Source of the DNA: Aureispira anguillae
Lineage (GTDB): Bacteria > Bacteroidota > Bacteroidia > Chitinophagales > Saprospiraceae
NCBI RefSeq assembly: GCF_026000115.1
Contig: NZ_AP026867.1
Span: forward strand, 2,969,716 to 3,033,715
Direction of reading: 5' to 3'
Length of the DNA stretch: 64,000 nt
A model generated the notes under the pieces. That model saw only the letters and a list, made by a program, of their open reading frames with translations, was not told where the DNA came from and made no database searches. The translations under genes were made by a program, and so were the position numbers. This document shows, in pieces, positions 8,326 through 18,959 of this stretch (position 1 is its first letter; each line of letters starts with the position of its first letter).

Positions 8326-10599
8326 CTATTTTATCTCCTTCTGCATGGCAGAATTCACAAACAATATATTGCCAATGTCATCATAACCTTCAAAAAGTTC
8401 TTTTCCTCGATTAGCAACTAACTCAGAACGGAATCCCATAATCGTCAGGTCTGCCCCTGCTGATTTTTCGGCAACAATATTTTTGACATCGGTATCTACT
8501 CTATGGTTGATGAGCTCAATATTGTGAGAAGAAATTGGCAAGCGTCCTGTTTCTATCAACATTAAGAGTCTATTTTTTTCATTTTCTAACTCTTCATCTG
8601 GGTATAAAGCCATAATCTTAATATGGGCATCCTCCCAGTCTGAATGTCCTACAATAATATAGGCAATCAAAATCATCAAATTGGCATTTTCATAATCGTT
8701 GGAGGTAATCCAGATGTGAATTTCTTTGCGATGCCCAAAACCTCTTTCAGAAGTAGCCAAGATCATTAGATCAAAATCAATCGCTTTAATCAATTTAAAG
8801 TTTGCCACAATATCATCTAAGTTATCAGGGTGTAATTTCGCATACTCCAAGAATAACAAGTTATTGGGCTTCCCTGATATCCCAGGGAACTGCATCACCT
8901 GTGCAATAGCAGAAGTCATGGAAGGCGTTACCATGGTATCGATATAAACATTAGATTTTGATTTTTCTGCATCTCGAATGAGTCGTTCTTTCATTTTGGT
9001 TGCTCGATCTCCAGACTCTCTAGACAAATAGCCCTCTACTTGGTGTATATAGGTTCCAAAGCCGTATTTTTGAGACATCCATCTCAATAAATCAAAGGCT
9101 GCAATACGCTCAAAAGAATCTTTGGAAATACAAATAATGGAAGGTCGCCAACTGGTGCTTTGTTCCTTTTCTGCCTTTTGCAAAAACACTTGCAATTGAC
9201 GAGAAGTTTGAAAAATTACCCCCTGAAAAATCTCTGCTAGGTTTCGCTTGTCTCCATTGGTAATATTCACCCACAAGTAAACAATCACCAACATAACGAC
9301 TGCAATAATTGCATAACCTGGGTCCATCAAAAACATCAAACCAAAACACATCAACGCTCCTAATAAAGAAAGGTACCACTTAGATCTAAAAGAAGGACGA
9401 TAGGCTGGATCTGCTGCGAAATGCTGTAAAAAAGAAATCAAACACAACGAACCATAGGTTACCATAAAGAACATAGAAATAATCTTTGCCACAAAATCAA
9501 TTTCGCCCATTCCAATAAAGATAATAGCAATTCCGATGGTAATTAGAGAAGAATTGAAGGGTTCATCGTTTGCTCCTCGTCCTCTTGATAACCATTTGTT
9601 GACCGTTGCATTGGGCAAAATATTATCTCTAGCTATCGCCTGCAAGGTTCTAGGCGCCACCATTAGTGACCCTAACGCAGAGGATATAGTAGCCGCAGCC
9701 AAGCCGACAGGAATCAACCAGTAGCCCTGCCATGCGACATCCCCCATCACCAAACGAGAGGTATCCGCCAAAGCCTCTGGCGTAGCAGAAGAAGTCAATT
9801 TCCAAGCAATAAATACATAAATAATCATTCCTGAAACGGTTCCTGCCATCGTTCCTAAAGGAATAGATCGACTTGGGTTCTTTAAATCTCCCGATAAGCC
9901 TACTCCCGCTGTCATTCCCGTAAAGGCAGGGAATATAATTGCAAATACCGTAAAAAAAGCTTCGCTGTTCTCTATTTTACTCATAAAATTAAACTCCGTG
10001 GGGGCTGTGGTTATTACCCCTCCAACATCAACATAACTTCCCCCAATAAAAAAGGCTAGCATAACTAAAAATAGAATAAAAACAACTGCATAAAGCATTT
10101 TCACTCCTAAATCAGCTCCTTTGGTCAAAACAACGGCAGTCAACAAAAACAGAGCGGGTATACTCACAGTTTGCTTGTATCCCAAGAGTGTCTCAATAAT
10201 CTCTGGCACATAATAAGTGTTTAATATCCAATCAAACAAACTATTAAAAGCTTCAGCAAATGCCATAATATAAAACGCCACACTAACAGCCTGAGACATG
10301 TACAACGTAATCCCTATGGTAGATCCTATCACCAATCCAAAAGAACGAGAAATAATGTAATACTCTCCCCCTCCTTCTACTTTTTGGTTGGTTGCAATTT
10401 CGGCTATTGCCATAGCCGTAGGAATGGTCACCAAATGACCAATTAATATAATACCCAAGGTTCCCAGAAAACCAACATTACCAACCGCATAACCAAATCG
10501 CAAAAACATAATGGCTCCTAAAATGGTTGAAATGGCGGTAAAAAATACAGGGGCAGTTCCAAATCCAGCATTTTTTTCTTGTAATGACTTACTACTCAT
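8326..10599 (-). CDS. APC-superfamily permease with large C-terminal cytoplasmic domain (SLC12 cation-chloride cotransporter-like / amino acid permease)
   Basis: 757 aa. About 12 predicted TM helices in the first ~480 aa with an APC-like glycine-rich pattern, then a ~270-aa soluble C-terminal domain as in SLC12-type transporters. Confidence 0.6.
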   Translation of the reverse strand: MSSKSLQEKNAGFGTAPVFFTAISTILGAIMFLRFGYAVGNVGFLGTLGIILIGHLVTIPTAMAIAEIATNQKVEGGGEYYIISRSFGLVIGSTIGITLYMSQAVSVAFYIMAFAEAFNSLFDWILNTYYVPEIIETLLGYKQTVSIPALFLLTAVVLTKGADLGVKMLYAVVFILFLVMLAFFIGGSYVDVGGVITTAPTEFNFMSKIENSEAFFTVFAIIFPAFTGMTAGVGLSGDLKNPSRSIPLGTMAGTVSGMIIYVFIAWKLTSSATPEALADTSRLVMGDVAWQGYWLIPVGLAAATISSALGSLMVAPRTLQAIARDNILPNATVNKWLSRGRGANDEPFNSSLITIGIAIIFIGMGEIDFVAKIISMFFMVTYGSLCLISFLQHFAADPAYRPSFRSKWYLSLLGALMCFGLMFLMDPGYAIIAVVMLVIVYLWVNITNGDKRNLAEIFQGVIFQTSRQLQVFLQKAEKEQSTSWRPSIICISKDSFERIAAFDLLRWMSQKYGFGTYIHQVEGYLSRESGDRATKMKERLIRDAEKSKSNVYIDTMVTPSMTSAIAQVMQFPGISGKPNNLLFLEYAKLHPDNLDDIVANFKLIKAIDFDLMILATSERGFGHRKEIHIWITSNDYENANLMILIAYIIVGHSDWEDAHIKIMALYPDEELENEKNRLLMLIETGRLPISSHNIELINHRVDTDVKNIVAEKSAGADLTIMGFRSELVANRGKELFEGYDDIGNILFVNSAMQKEIK

Positions 10600-10908
10600 A
10601 CTTATCTTCTATTAGTTTATTTTTAGGTATCAACAAATTAACCAATCTAAAATTGTCTATTATCAAATATTTGGGTTCAAGATACAAATATGTTTGATAA
10701 GGTTGGTGGTTGGTTAAAAACAATTGTCTGACGATCCTAAAGTTGAAATCCAAAATCTGCCTTGAATGGGCTTTTTTTCAGTAGATAAGCCTAGAAAGTT
10801 GTTTTTTTTGAGAGAAATTGTTTTTTTTGAGAAAAATGAATCTCTACTCTTATCTTAATCATAAAACTAGCCAGAATATTTGCGCTTCTTTCTAGACCAC
10901 GACACACT

Positions 10909-12627
10909 ATGAAAACGTCCTTTTTTTTCGCTGATCATGCTTTATATTTTTTATTTTTTATAATTGGCTTTTTTCCGCAAAGCTTATATGGGCAACAACC
11001 TGCATCAACGCAACATTGCCCAGTTCACTTACTTCAGTCCTTTCCTAAAGATGTCACCTGCTTTCAGAAAAGTGATGGAGAAATAGCACTAAGCTACGAT
11101 AGTAGTTCTCATATTAATTGTGTAAAACTGATTAAACAAATTGGCAATACCAATGAATACGAAGGCATACGTAGTTTTACGCCTGAGAAAAAGTTTAACT
11201 CTTTAGCATCGGGTTCCTATCGTATTATTTGCCAACTCCTTGACTCTTCCCTCTGCCATATTGAGACAAATATAAAAGCAAAAAAAGAGGTGCAGATCAA
11301 AAACTTTCATATTGAAAAAGCGCCTAATTCTGTCACCAACGAAAAAGGGACTATTACGATTGAAGTTGATGGAGGAACCAAGCCCTATACACTCTATTTG
11401 GAAAATACAAGAATACAAGAAAATACAACTCACCAATTTTCTCTGGGAGCCTCCAAAAAGAATATCTCCAGAATTACTTCTGGTACTCAAATATTACGTG
11501 TTTCGGATACCCATGGCTGTGGTAATGTCGATACTGTTGTTCATATAAAAGATGCTCTGAATTTTTATTCTAAAAAGGGCTCTAATCAAAGAGCAACCTG
11601 TAATGCTAAAGCAAACTTTAGTGTCGTATTTAACAATAACAACCCATCTGAAACGAATAATTTTGTTATCACTACCGTTAGAATTGATCAAAATAAGCTA
11701 GAACATATTGTTGAGTCCAGAAAAATTTTCCCTCCAACTGGAGGTACTTATTTTGTCCCTGTTCAAGAAATTGGACGTTATCATGTTTCTATTCGACAAG
11801 GAGCCATGGTAGAGGTGCATACCTTTGATCATAAATTAGCCAAAAAGCCACAATTGGATGTACAGATTATAGACCACCCAAAATTGCAAGACCTTAGTGG
11901 TGGAAAAATCAAAATTGAAATCAAAAACCCTGAATCTAAAAAGTACACCTATGCCATCCATCAACAAAATACCATTGTTTTTAATCAAACCCTAGAAACA
12001 ACAGCGCATACGGTTCAGGATCTCCAAGCGGGATTTTATTCCATTACGGTTAGTGATGAAAATGGTTGTAAGGCAATAGCGTCTAGCAATCAAGTGAAAT
12101 ATTTGACAACATTATCAAGAGCAACTGCGCAGGAGAATTTCAAAAAAGATATGGAGCAAAATCAAGTAGACTTTGTGACTTGCCAATGCCATAGAGATCG
12201 TTTAGAAAGGAGTCGGCAAATTATATCTATTACACTTGCTTCTATTGGTGTTACAACATCTGTCCTTGCTGCTGCCTTGACAGCAGGAGCTTTAACCGCC
12301 CCTTCTACCATAGCTGTTATCGGAATTGTTGGAGGCAGTTCTACTTTAGCCTCTCCTATTGTCAGAGAAGCTGGGCTAAAAGCTAAAGTTGCGTTATATG
12401 AAGAAAAATTGAATAAAATTGCTGAGATCAAAACCTTATACAACAAACTCGATACCAAGGTATTCGCCCACGGTCATTGGGGCAGCAAAGAAGAAGCTAC
12501 TTACAATAAACTGATTGAGGAAATTAGCGTCAAAACAAGTGCCCTAACCAGCGATAAAAAGTTAAGTCAATTGCGCTTAAAATGTCCTCGCTTAGCCAAA
12601 AAACTAGCAGAAGCAAAACAAAAATAA
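10909..12627 (+). CDS. SprB-repeat-like surface protein with C-terminal TM anchor and coiled coil
   Basis: Two modules match the SprB repeat signature: GTITIEVDGGTKPYTLYL...VSDTHGCG and GGKIKIEIKNPESKKYTYAI...TVSDENGCKA. A hydrophobic Gly/Ala-rich segment (ITLASIGVTTSVLAAALTAGALTAPSTIAVIGIVGG) precedes a Lys-rich coiled-coil tail. No T9SS CTD. Confidence 0.5.
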   Translation: MKTSFFFADHALYFLFFIIGFFPQSLYGQQPASTQHCPVHLLQSFPKDVTCFQKSDGEIALSYDSSSHINCVKLIKQIGNTNEYEGIRSFTPEKKFNSLASGSYRIICQLLDSSLCHIETNIKAKKEVQIKNFHIEKAPNSVTNEKGTITIEVDGGTKPYTLYLENTRIQENTTHQFSLGASKKNISRITSGTQILRVSDTHGCGNVDTVVHIKDALNFYSKKGSNQRATCNAKANFSVVFNNNNPSETNNFVITTVRIDQNKLEHIVESRKIFPPTGGTYFVPVQEIGRYHVSIRQGAMVEVHTFDHKLAKKPQLDVQIIDHPKLQDLSGGKIKIEIKNPESKKYTYAIHQQNTIVFNQTLETTAHTVQDLQAGFYSITVSDENGCKAIASSNQVKYLTTLSRATAQENFKKDMEQNQVDFVTCQCHRDRLERSRQIISITLASIGVTTSVLAAALTAGALTAPSTIAVIGIVGGSSTLASPIVREAGLKAKVALYEEKLNKIAEIKTLYNKLDTKVFAHGHWGSKEEATYNKLIEEISVKTSALTSDKKLSQLRLKCPRLAKKLAEAKQK

Positions 12628-12639
12628 ACCACCTTTCCC

Positions 12640-13563
12640 ATGAATCGACTTGCTTGTGTGCTGAGTTTTTTGGGCTGTTTATGGCTCTCTGGTAAGCCTT
12701 TTGCTCAAAATATAAAAACGGCTAAAGACAGTATCATTTATATAGATTGTGCCCCTATTCCAATGCTGTCTAATCAATATTTTATGCACATTCATCCATT
12801 GAGCATCTTAGCATCAAGCTCTTTGTCCTTATTAAGTGCTGGAGATAGCAGCAATTTTATGGCAATTTACAATAAAGTGGGGCTAGCACTTGCTCAAAAA
12901 CAACTTGAACGAAATTTTATGGCGATTTCCCTTAATTCTTCGGACAAGCAGACATTAAAAAGAATCAAAAGAAACCTAAAAAAACAAGGGCGTTTTAAGT
13001 CCAAGTACTCGCCCGTTGTATCCTCCTTATGTTGTGCCATTGAACTCTTGCAAAACCATAAAAAAAAAGCCCTGCATTATTGGAACCTTACCCCCAATTC
13101 TAATCCTGATTTATTGCGTTTAATTTCTTTTTTTTTTTACTTAAAACAGGATTACCTCAAGGCGCTATTTTATTTAAAACAAATACCTCCTTCTGAACAA
13201 AGCACTAAGGATCAATATCTATTAGGCTGGTTAACCGCTTATCAACAAAATTGGCAAAAAGCATATGCTATCTTTGATAATAATTCCTCTTTAAATTCAA
13301 AAGATGATCGGATACAATGTGCTAAAATGTCGATTCTCATTCATCAACATCAATTTGAAAAAGCTTTTCAACTCATTCAAAACTATCCTAGCAGCATTAC
13401 AGACAATATATATGCCTTTCACATCAATTACTATACAGCCTTAGCCACGCTAGCTCAGGGAGATATGAATGATGCCTTCAAACGGCTTAAATCCATACAC
13501 GCACAAAGCCAATACAAAACTTGCGCAGATCGCTTGCTGACTCACTTTTTTTTAACCAATTAG
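12640..13563 (+). CDS. Hypothetical secreted protein (signal peptide, helical repeat-like)
   Basis: 307-aa ORF with an N-terminal hydrophobic signal (MNRLACVLSFLGCLWLSG). It immediately follows the previous gene. No recognisable catalytic motifs. Confidence 0.4.
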   Translation: MNRLACVLSFLGCLWLSGKPFAQNIKTAKDSIIYIDCAPIPMLSNQYFMHIHPLSILASSSLSLLSAGDSSNFMAIYNKVGLALAQKQLERNFMAISLNSSDKQTLKRIKRNLKKQGRFKSKYSPVVSSLCCAIELLQNHKKKALHYWNLTPNSNPDLLRLISFFFYLKQDYLKALFYLKQIPPSEQSTKDQYLLGWLTAYQQNWQKAYAIFDNNSSLNSKDDRIQCAKMSILIHQHQFEKAFQLIQNYPSSITDNIYAFHINYYTALATLAQGDMNDAFKRLKSIHAQSQYKTCADRLLTHFFLTN

Positions 13564-13657
13564 TTTCACTACTTTTGCAAGGATTGAAGTTCTAAATACA
13601 GGGTAAAAATTATCCATAACTTTTGTTACCCTGTACTAAAAGTAAGCTCTACTCTAA

Positions 13658-14449
13658 ATGAAATTTTTTGTTATCTCTTGGTGCGTCTTCTTTATGCATT
13701 GTTCCTTATCTGCTCAGATTCTAAATGCAGATCGATATGGTTCAAAAGTAGACTCTGTACAAACCTTTAAGGCGCTGTTTGACATTGGCTTTAGCATTCG
13801 CAAACAAGTCGATCTTTTGTTTTCTCTTGACAGTCGATTGGATCTATCCTATTATTATAAGCGAAGTCTTTTTGTGGTAGTTGGAAATTTTAAATTATTT
13901 AGAAGCGGTAGCACCAATATCCTAAATGGAGGTTTTGCGCACACTCGCATTCGCTTGTTGAAAGACAACTGGATACATCCCGAATTTTTTGGACAATACC
14001 AACTGGATGGAATTCGAGGAATGGAAAATCGAGTTTTGGGAGGTGGCAACTTAAGGTTTATTCTCACCAAATACGATGAGGGGCATTTGCATTGTGGACT
14101 TGGAGCAATGTATGAATTTGAACGTTGGAATTATAAGGCTGTCCCAGCTGCCTCTCGTCCTATTGATCAAATTCCTATCGAAAATCATTTTCTCAAACTC
14201 AATTTTTATATTTCATACACCCAAAAAATTAAGCAAATTGCCTACTTGCAGATAACCGCTTATTTTCAAACTCGCCCTGATGCTTATTTTATTCATCCTA
14301 GAGTTTCTATCAATGGTAAAATGACTTTTAAATTTACCAAAAACATTCACTTTGCGATTCTCTACAATTTGTTTTATGATAACCTACCTCCTGTTCCTAT
14401 AGACGAACTCTATTTTTCGGTTGTCAATAAATTGACGTTCACCTTTTAA
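13658..14449 (+). CDS. Hypothetical outer-membrane beta-barrel protein
   Basis: Signal peptide. Alternating hydrophobic pattern. C-terminal aromatic residue (…KLTFTF) as in OM beta-barrels. Confidence 0.4.
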   Translation: MKFFVISWCVFFMHCSLSAQILNADRYGSKVDSVQTFKALFDIGFSIRKQVDLLFSLDSRLDLSYYYKRSLFVVVGNFKLFRSGSTNILNGGFAHTRIRLLKDNWIHPEFFGQYQLDGIRGMENRVLGGGNLRFILTKYDEGHLHCGLGAMYEFERWNYKAVPAASRPIDQIPIENHFLKLNFYISYTQKIKQIAYLQITAYFQTRPDAYFIHPRVSINGKMTFKFTKNIHFAILYNLFYDNLPPVPIDELYFSVVNKLTFTF

Positions 14450-14912
14450 TAATTTTGTTGTTTTATAAAAAAACTGTTTATCAACCTACGACAACAAACA
14501 TAATTGTTTCTTTTTAATAAAGTAAAGATTAGAAGTTTTAATCTAGCCCCCATTTTAGAGGAAAAATAGCAAAAAGCGGGGGAATCAATACCTGTTGTTC
14601 TTTTTGCATTGCCCAAAAAGAACCAAAAACGCTAGGACTGGATGACTTCTTGGACAAAGTATCTTCTTGAAAGCTTAGGCTTTCAGAAACTCGCTTCGCT
14701 CAAACACCTGAAAACCTTATTTTTCTTACAGAAAAATAGCAGCTTTCTGCGGCGTACTTTGTTCCCAATCAGTCATATGCCCACCAAAAAACACTTGGAG
14801 CAATACATTTGTTTTACTCCTAAAAGTCCCAACATTATAAGGTTGCCGTTAAAATAAAAATTCGGAAATGAGCAACTATTCCCCATTCCCGAATTTTAGA
14901 TTAAAGTCATAT

Positions 14913-15422
14913 TTAAGCCACAAAAGCAACCGTATAAGTCGTTTCTGTTGCTGTGTCTTTAATAACTAACTGTACTTGATTACCAACTTTTCCTCCACTA
15001 TAAGTATAGGCATTTCCAGCAGAAGTTGTGGTACTATCAGCTATAATTACATCATGATTTGAATCACTAATTTTAAAAGAAATATCGTTCTTTATTAAGC
15101 CATTAAAACTCACTAAAGTAAAAACATAAGGATCTGTTGTTGATGCATTTAATGTATACCCTACATTATTAGTGGTATTAGAGTTTCCATTCACATCAAC
15201 AGCTACTAGTGTTGCAGTAACTGTCCCTGTTCCTACATAAAATTGATTAACAGCGATACAATTAGAATTATTCCGCTCATAGCCTGGCTCACAAACACAA
15301 GTTCCATTGCTACAAGTTCCATTGGTACATATAACACCTGAACAAGGATCACAAGAAGTCATGGCAATTGCTCCTAATATAATAAGCGTAAATCTTTTAA
15401 AAGAATTCATTAATGTTTGCAT
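14913..15422 (-). CDS. Cys-rich lipoprotein (EGF-like module plus beta-rich domain)
   Basis: Lipoprotein signal (AIAMTSC). Cys-rich segment CDPCSGVICTNGTCSNGTCVCEPGYERNNSNC resembles an EGF-like module. The remainder is Thr/Asn/Val-rich. Confidence 0.45.
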   Translation of the reverse strand: MQTLMNSFKRFTLIILGAIAMTSCDPCSGVICTNGTCSNGTCVCEPGYERNNSNCIAVNQFYVGTGTVTATLVAVDVNGNSNTTNNVGYTLNASTTDPYVFTLVSFNGLIKNDISFKISDSNHDVIIADSTTTSAGNAYTYSGGKVGNQVQLVIKDTATETTYTVAFVA

Positions 15423-15557
15423 AATTTTATTTTAGTAATTCTTAAATATAAACCCTCTTAACGAAGTTGTCAAAGAAATATAAAAACAAAAAACCAGCTC
15501 TAAAAATTGAAGTACTTTTTTTTGTATCTTCTACAAGATGAATTGATCCGCTCTTTC

Positions 15558-17405
15558 CTATTGCTTAATTAACTTGCGTTGAATACGCCTGCCATTTAAC
15601 GTCAAAGAAATTACATAAGTAGCACTTGGTAAATCTTCTAAAGATAACTCTATTTTATTTACCCCTAAACTAGTTTCTCTTGTTCCTTTCTTGATAAGTT
15701 GCCCAACAATGTCTTGAATTTCATAAGCTAATTCCGTTGTTGAAGATGCGTAAAACTCGGCATAAAACGTATTGTTAACTGGATTAGGATAAACTCGAAC
15801 CGTTCCTAAACCATCTCCCTCACGAAACAAAGCAACCACCTTAGAATATTCAAACTGCCCATCTTTGTATACTGTTCTTAATCGATAATATTTTGTCCCT
15901 AATCCAGGCAGCAGATCTCTATATTCATAATTAGTTGGTGACAAACTGGTTATATGGACAGGCAAAATAGACAGTTCGCTAAAATCAATCCCATTTATGG
16001 AACGTTCTAATACATAATAATCGGTATCTTCTTCGTTGGCAACCTCCCAAGTTAGCAGGTTATTTTGTTCTTCTTTATGCCCTTCAAAGGCGACCAAGTG
16101 CGTAGATAATAAAATAGTAGTGGAGCTAATTCTAAATTGATCTGCTCCTTCTGTATCAACAATCACCAAATAAACCTCTCCTGGATTAGCTGCTGTTGTT
16201 AACATAATATCTCCCATCGGAAGACCAGAAATAGCATTATTGCCCGCATCGTTACAATCGACAAAAGTTCCTCCCGTAAAACTTGGGCAGGAAGGGTCAA
16301 CAGGACCATAAAGTGCCGCTTCTACCCTACTTATATTTGCCCCAGCATTAGAAACGGCAACATTTAAAATAGATGCCCCTCCAGAATCGCATTCAACGGT
16401 GTAAAAAATGGGCTGTTGGGTTAAATCCATTCCTCCTGAACAGGCAAAACGCCCATGAGATATGCTTACTGCATACTGCTGCAAATGATCTCCTCCCCCC
16501 ACAGGACGAGCATTAATTGGGGCAGGATTGTAACTTGGCACACAAGTGTTATCCACCCACTCTGAAAAAGGCTCTCCTTCATTAGTAGCCGTTTGCGCTC
16601 CTACACATCCTCCGCTTGTAGTCCACCAATCAACCGTAGTACTAATTCCGTTGCCCGAAGGTTGTGAAATTGGAGTAATATTCAGATCCATTCCTATAAA
16701 ATCAATGCAATTATTGGCACATTCTGCATCCATAGTAGTAGTCCAAATGTCGCCAACTGCTAGTGGATTTCCGTTTACAGTATTAAAATTTACCCCAAAC
16801 AATTGACAATTAGCTCCTGTTATGGCTCTAGGGTAATCTTGTAAGGGAAAAATTCCCGTAGACTCCATTCCTACAATTAGGTCATTACAAACCAAACAGT
16901 AAGTTTGACTATGGTTTGTTACATTATAGGCAATTGCGGGGTTATTTAAGGTGTCTACTTCGCAAATTGTCAAAGCATCACAAACAACAATTGGGCAACC
17001 AGAGCCGTACGGCAAACTATAATCTAAGCAAAAATTAGCATCATCATTCCCATAGGTTTCCACATTAAACCAAGCTTGTCCAGCCGCTAATAATGGCAGC
17101 ACTGCTGCCGCTTCTGCATTACTATAATTAACAGCATAAAGATTATAAAAGCCAGCGGGAACGCCTATAAAATCAGGTGTATTATTGGTGGCAAAAATAT
17201 TACCTTGATTATCGACCAATACATAAATATGGGTATATAAAGCAGGATTAGCAGCATTCCCAACAGGCAATGTTCCCTGTACAATCCCTGTTATATCGTT
17301 AATAAAATCGCACTGTGCTTCAACTGACGAACCAAAAAGTCCGCATAGAGTTAATAATGTCCCTACGGCAAACAGTTGACAATGCTTTGTTATATCGCTA
17401 GTCAT
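15558..17405 (-). CDS. Large secreted protein with type-A T9SS C-terminal sorting domain
   Basis: C-terminus VRVYPNPVNNTFYAEF...ATYVISLTLNGRRIQRKL matches the T9SS CTD pattern. Likely start at internal Met (MTSDITKHCQLFAVGTLLTLCGLFGSSVEAQ signal peptide). The ORF track extends to 17462. Confidence 0.6.
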   Translation of the reverse strand: MTSDITKHCQLFAVGTLLTLCGLFGSSVEAQCDFINDITGIVQGTLPVGNAANPALYTHIYVLVDNQGNIFATNNTPDFIGVPAGFYNLYAVNYSNAEAAAVLPLLAAGQAWFNVETYGNDDANFCLDYSLPYGSGCPIVVCDALTICEVDTLNNPAIAYNVTNHSQTYCLVCNDLIVGMESTGIFPLQDYPRAITGANCQLFGVNFNTVNGNPLAVGDIWTTTMDAECANNCIDFIGMDLNITPISQPSGNGISTTVDWWTTSGGCVGAQTATNEGEPFSEWVDNTCVPSYNPAPINARPVGGGDHLQQYAVSISHGRFACSGGMDLTQQPIFYTVECDSGGASILNVAVSNAGANISRVEAALYGPVDPSCPSFTGGTFVDCNDAGNNAISGLPMGDIMLTTAANPGEVYLVIVDTEGADQFRISSTTILLSTHLVAFEGHKEEQNNLLTWEVANEEDTDYYVLERSINGIDFSELSILPVHITSLSPTNYEYRDLLPGLGTKYYRLRTVYKDGQFEYSKVVALFREGDGLGTVRVYPNPVNNTFYAEFYASSTTELAYEIQDIVGQLIKKGTRETSLGVNKIELSLEDLPSATYVISLTLNGRRIQRKLIKQ

Positions 17406-17436
17406 AATTGTTTTTTTATCTTGAACAGTATTAAAA

Positions 17437-18408
17437 TTACCAACTTCCTGCATCTGCTGCACAGGCTGTAGGGTTTACAATAGCACAATTTGTAGCAGCC
17501 GTATTTCCCGTTGCAGCATTCAAGGTTATATCTTGTACTACATTGGCATAATTGGTTACCACCAACACATATATTTCTCCTACATTCACCCCTGTAAGAT
17601 TAACCTGCTCGGTAGGAGCCGTACTAAAACTACAATCAATAGGTGCTGGCAAAGCTCCACAAGCAGCGGTTGCAGCAGCAGTATTGGCATAAGGTCCCCA
17701 AACTGCAAAATCAATATCTGATCCAGCTGCCATATCAAAAATTAAGTTTCCAGCAGTAGAGATTTCAAAGAAATACCAAGATGGATTGGGTTGCGTCAAC
17801 AAACAGCCATAATTATTTCCCGTAGAGGCTGTTGAGCCAATTCCTGCGGTGTAACAATAGGTATTATCGGTACAAATTGCTTGCATTTGGCTACAATCAT
17901 TTCCTCCTGCTCCCCCTGCACAAGGGCCACTAACGCTTGGGTTTCCATCATAAACACAAATATCAAACGTCCCTGGATTGTCATCGCCATATTCCCAAAA
18001 ACGAATCCAAACTGTTGCTCCTGGGGTTAGCGTTGTGTTATCAATCAATGGCATCAGACCGTTTGCGCTACCATCATCATTGCATTCAACCAATGTTAAT
18101 GCATTACAACTTCCCGTATAAATAGCCATTCCGCCATCTGTTATAACTCCTGCATTGCAATCTACAATTAGATGCCCCGAAGCAGGGACAGTTGCCGTAA
18201 ACCAAACATCGCCAGATACATAATTGGCACATCCTGGAGCAGGTGCCCCTAATGTTCCCGTTGCTCCTGCTGTCGTAAAGGTATTAAAGGAACATGTGGT
18301 GCTTACACTTAGGGCTGAAGCCGTACAGGGCTCGTCTGATTGTCCAAAAGTAAGATTGGAAATCCATAAAAATACAAAAGCACAATAAGTAAAAATTTTA
18401 TAGTTCAT
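17437..18408 (-). CDS. Secreted adhesin-like protein (N-terminal domains typical of large T9SS/gliding cargo, no CTD)
   Basis: Signal peptide. Two Cys-containing beta-rich domains with patterns (…LTQPNPSWYFFEI…DIDFAVWGPY…GEIYVLVVTNYAN…) seen at the N-termini of large Bacteroidota surface proteins. Lacks a C-terminal sorting domain. Confidence 0.5.
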   Translation of the reverse strand: MNYKIFTYCAFVFLWISNLTFGQSDEPCTASALSVSTTCSFNTFTTAGATGTLGAPAPGCANYVSGDVWFTATVPASGHLIVDCNAGVITDGGMAIYTGSCNALTLVECNDDGSANGLMPLIDNTTLTPGATVWIRFWEYGDDNPGTFDICVYDGNPSVSGPCAGGAGGNDCSQMQAICTDNTYCYTAGIGSTASTGNNYGCLLTQPNPSWYFFEISTAGNLIFDMAAGSDIDFAVWGPYANTAAATAACGALPAPIDCSFSTAPTEQVNLTGVNVGEIYVLVVTNYANVVQDITLNAATGNTAATNCAIVNPTACAADAGSW

Positions 18409-18446
18409 AACATTAAAATCATTTCAAATTAAAAAATTTAATCGCA

Positions 18447-18959
18447 TTATTTTGACTGCTCAAACTCCTCAATGTCTCCCCATTCTAGGGTCTCTCCCTT
18501 GTAAATAATTTTATCAACAAGTTGATCGATATAAGCACGTTCCTTACTCGAACGGCTTTTGTAATTTTGATATGAAATGATTTTTATATTTCGGCGTTTA
18601 TTGCTTTCAAGCCATTTAGCTACTTTGTCTTGATTTGAATGCCCCTGTTCTTCCCGAACTAATTGCCCTTGAAATGGCACATAATCCATTGAAGTGTTTT
18701 TTGCTTCAAAAGCACTGATGTCTGCAAGGGTTACTTCTTGGTCATAAATAAGAGAGCGTTTGTCTACATCTAGAATACCTTTTACTGAAGGGGATAATTT
18801 TTGATATTCGTCAGAAGATAATAGGGTTAGATGTTCTTGATTGGCAATGAGCCATTCCTTTATAGCTGCTCTTTCAGATACTGTCTGTGCCTTTAGGTTG
18901 GCTAAATTTAATGTTGCGAATAAGAGAACAAGAATAATTGGTAGTGTAAACCGTTTCAT
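18447..18959 (-). CDS. Hypothetical secreted protein
   Basis: 170 aa with signal peptide MKRFTLPIILVLLFATLNLANLKAQ. No recognised motifs. Confidence 0.45.
   Translation of the reverse strand: MKRFTLPIILVLLFATLNLANLKAQTVSERAAIKEWLIANQEHLTLLSSDEYQKLSPSVKGILDVDKRSLIYDQEVTLADISAFEAKNTSMDYVPFQGQLVREEQGHSNQDKVAKWLESNKRRNIKIISYQNYKSRSSKERAYIDQLVDKIIYKGETLEWGDIEEFEQSK

Noticed and set aside
14642-14857. 71-aa plus-strand ORF in the 14450-14912 intergenic region
   Set aside because: It has low coding-like composition, no start context, and overlaps a probable terminator hairpin (14861-14900) of the convergent minus-strand gene.
15558-18408. Single frameshifted pseudogene spanning both adhesin-like ORFs
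   Set aside because: The downstream ORF has its own plausible signal peptide after an internal Met, so two genuine genes are equally likely. It was left as a finding rather than called a pseudogene.
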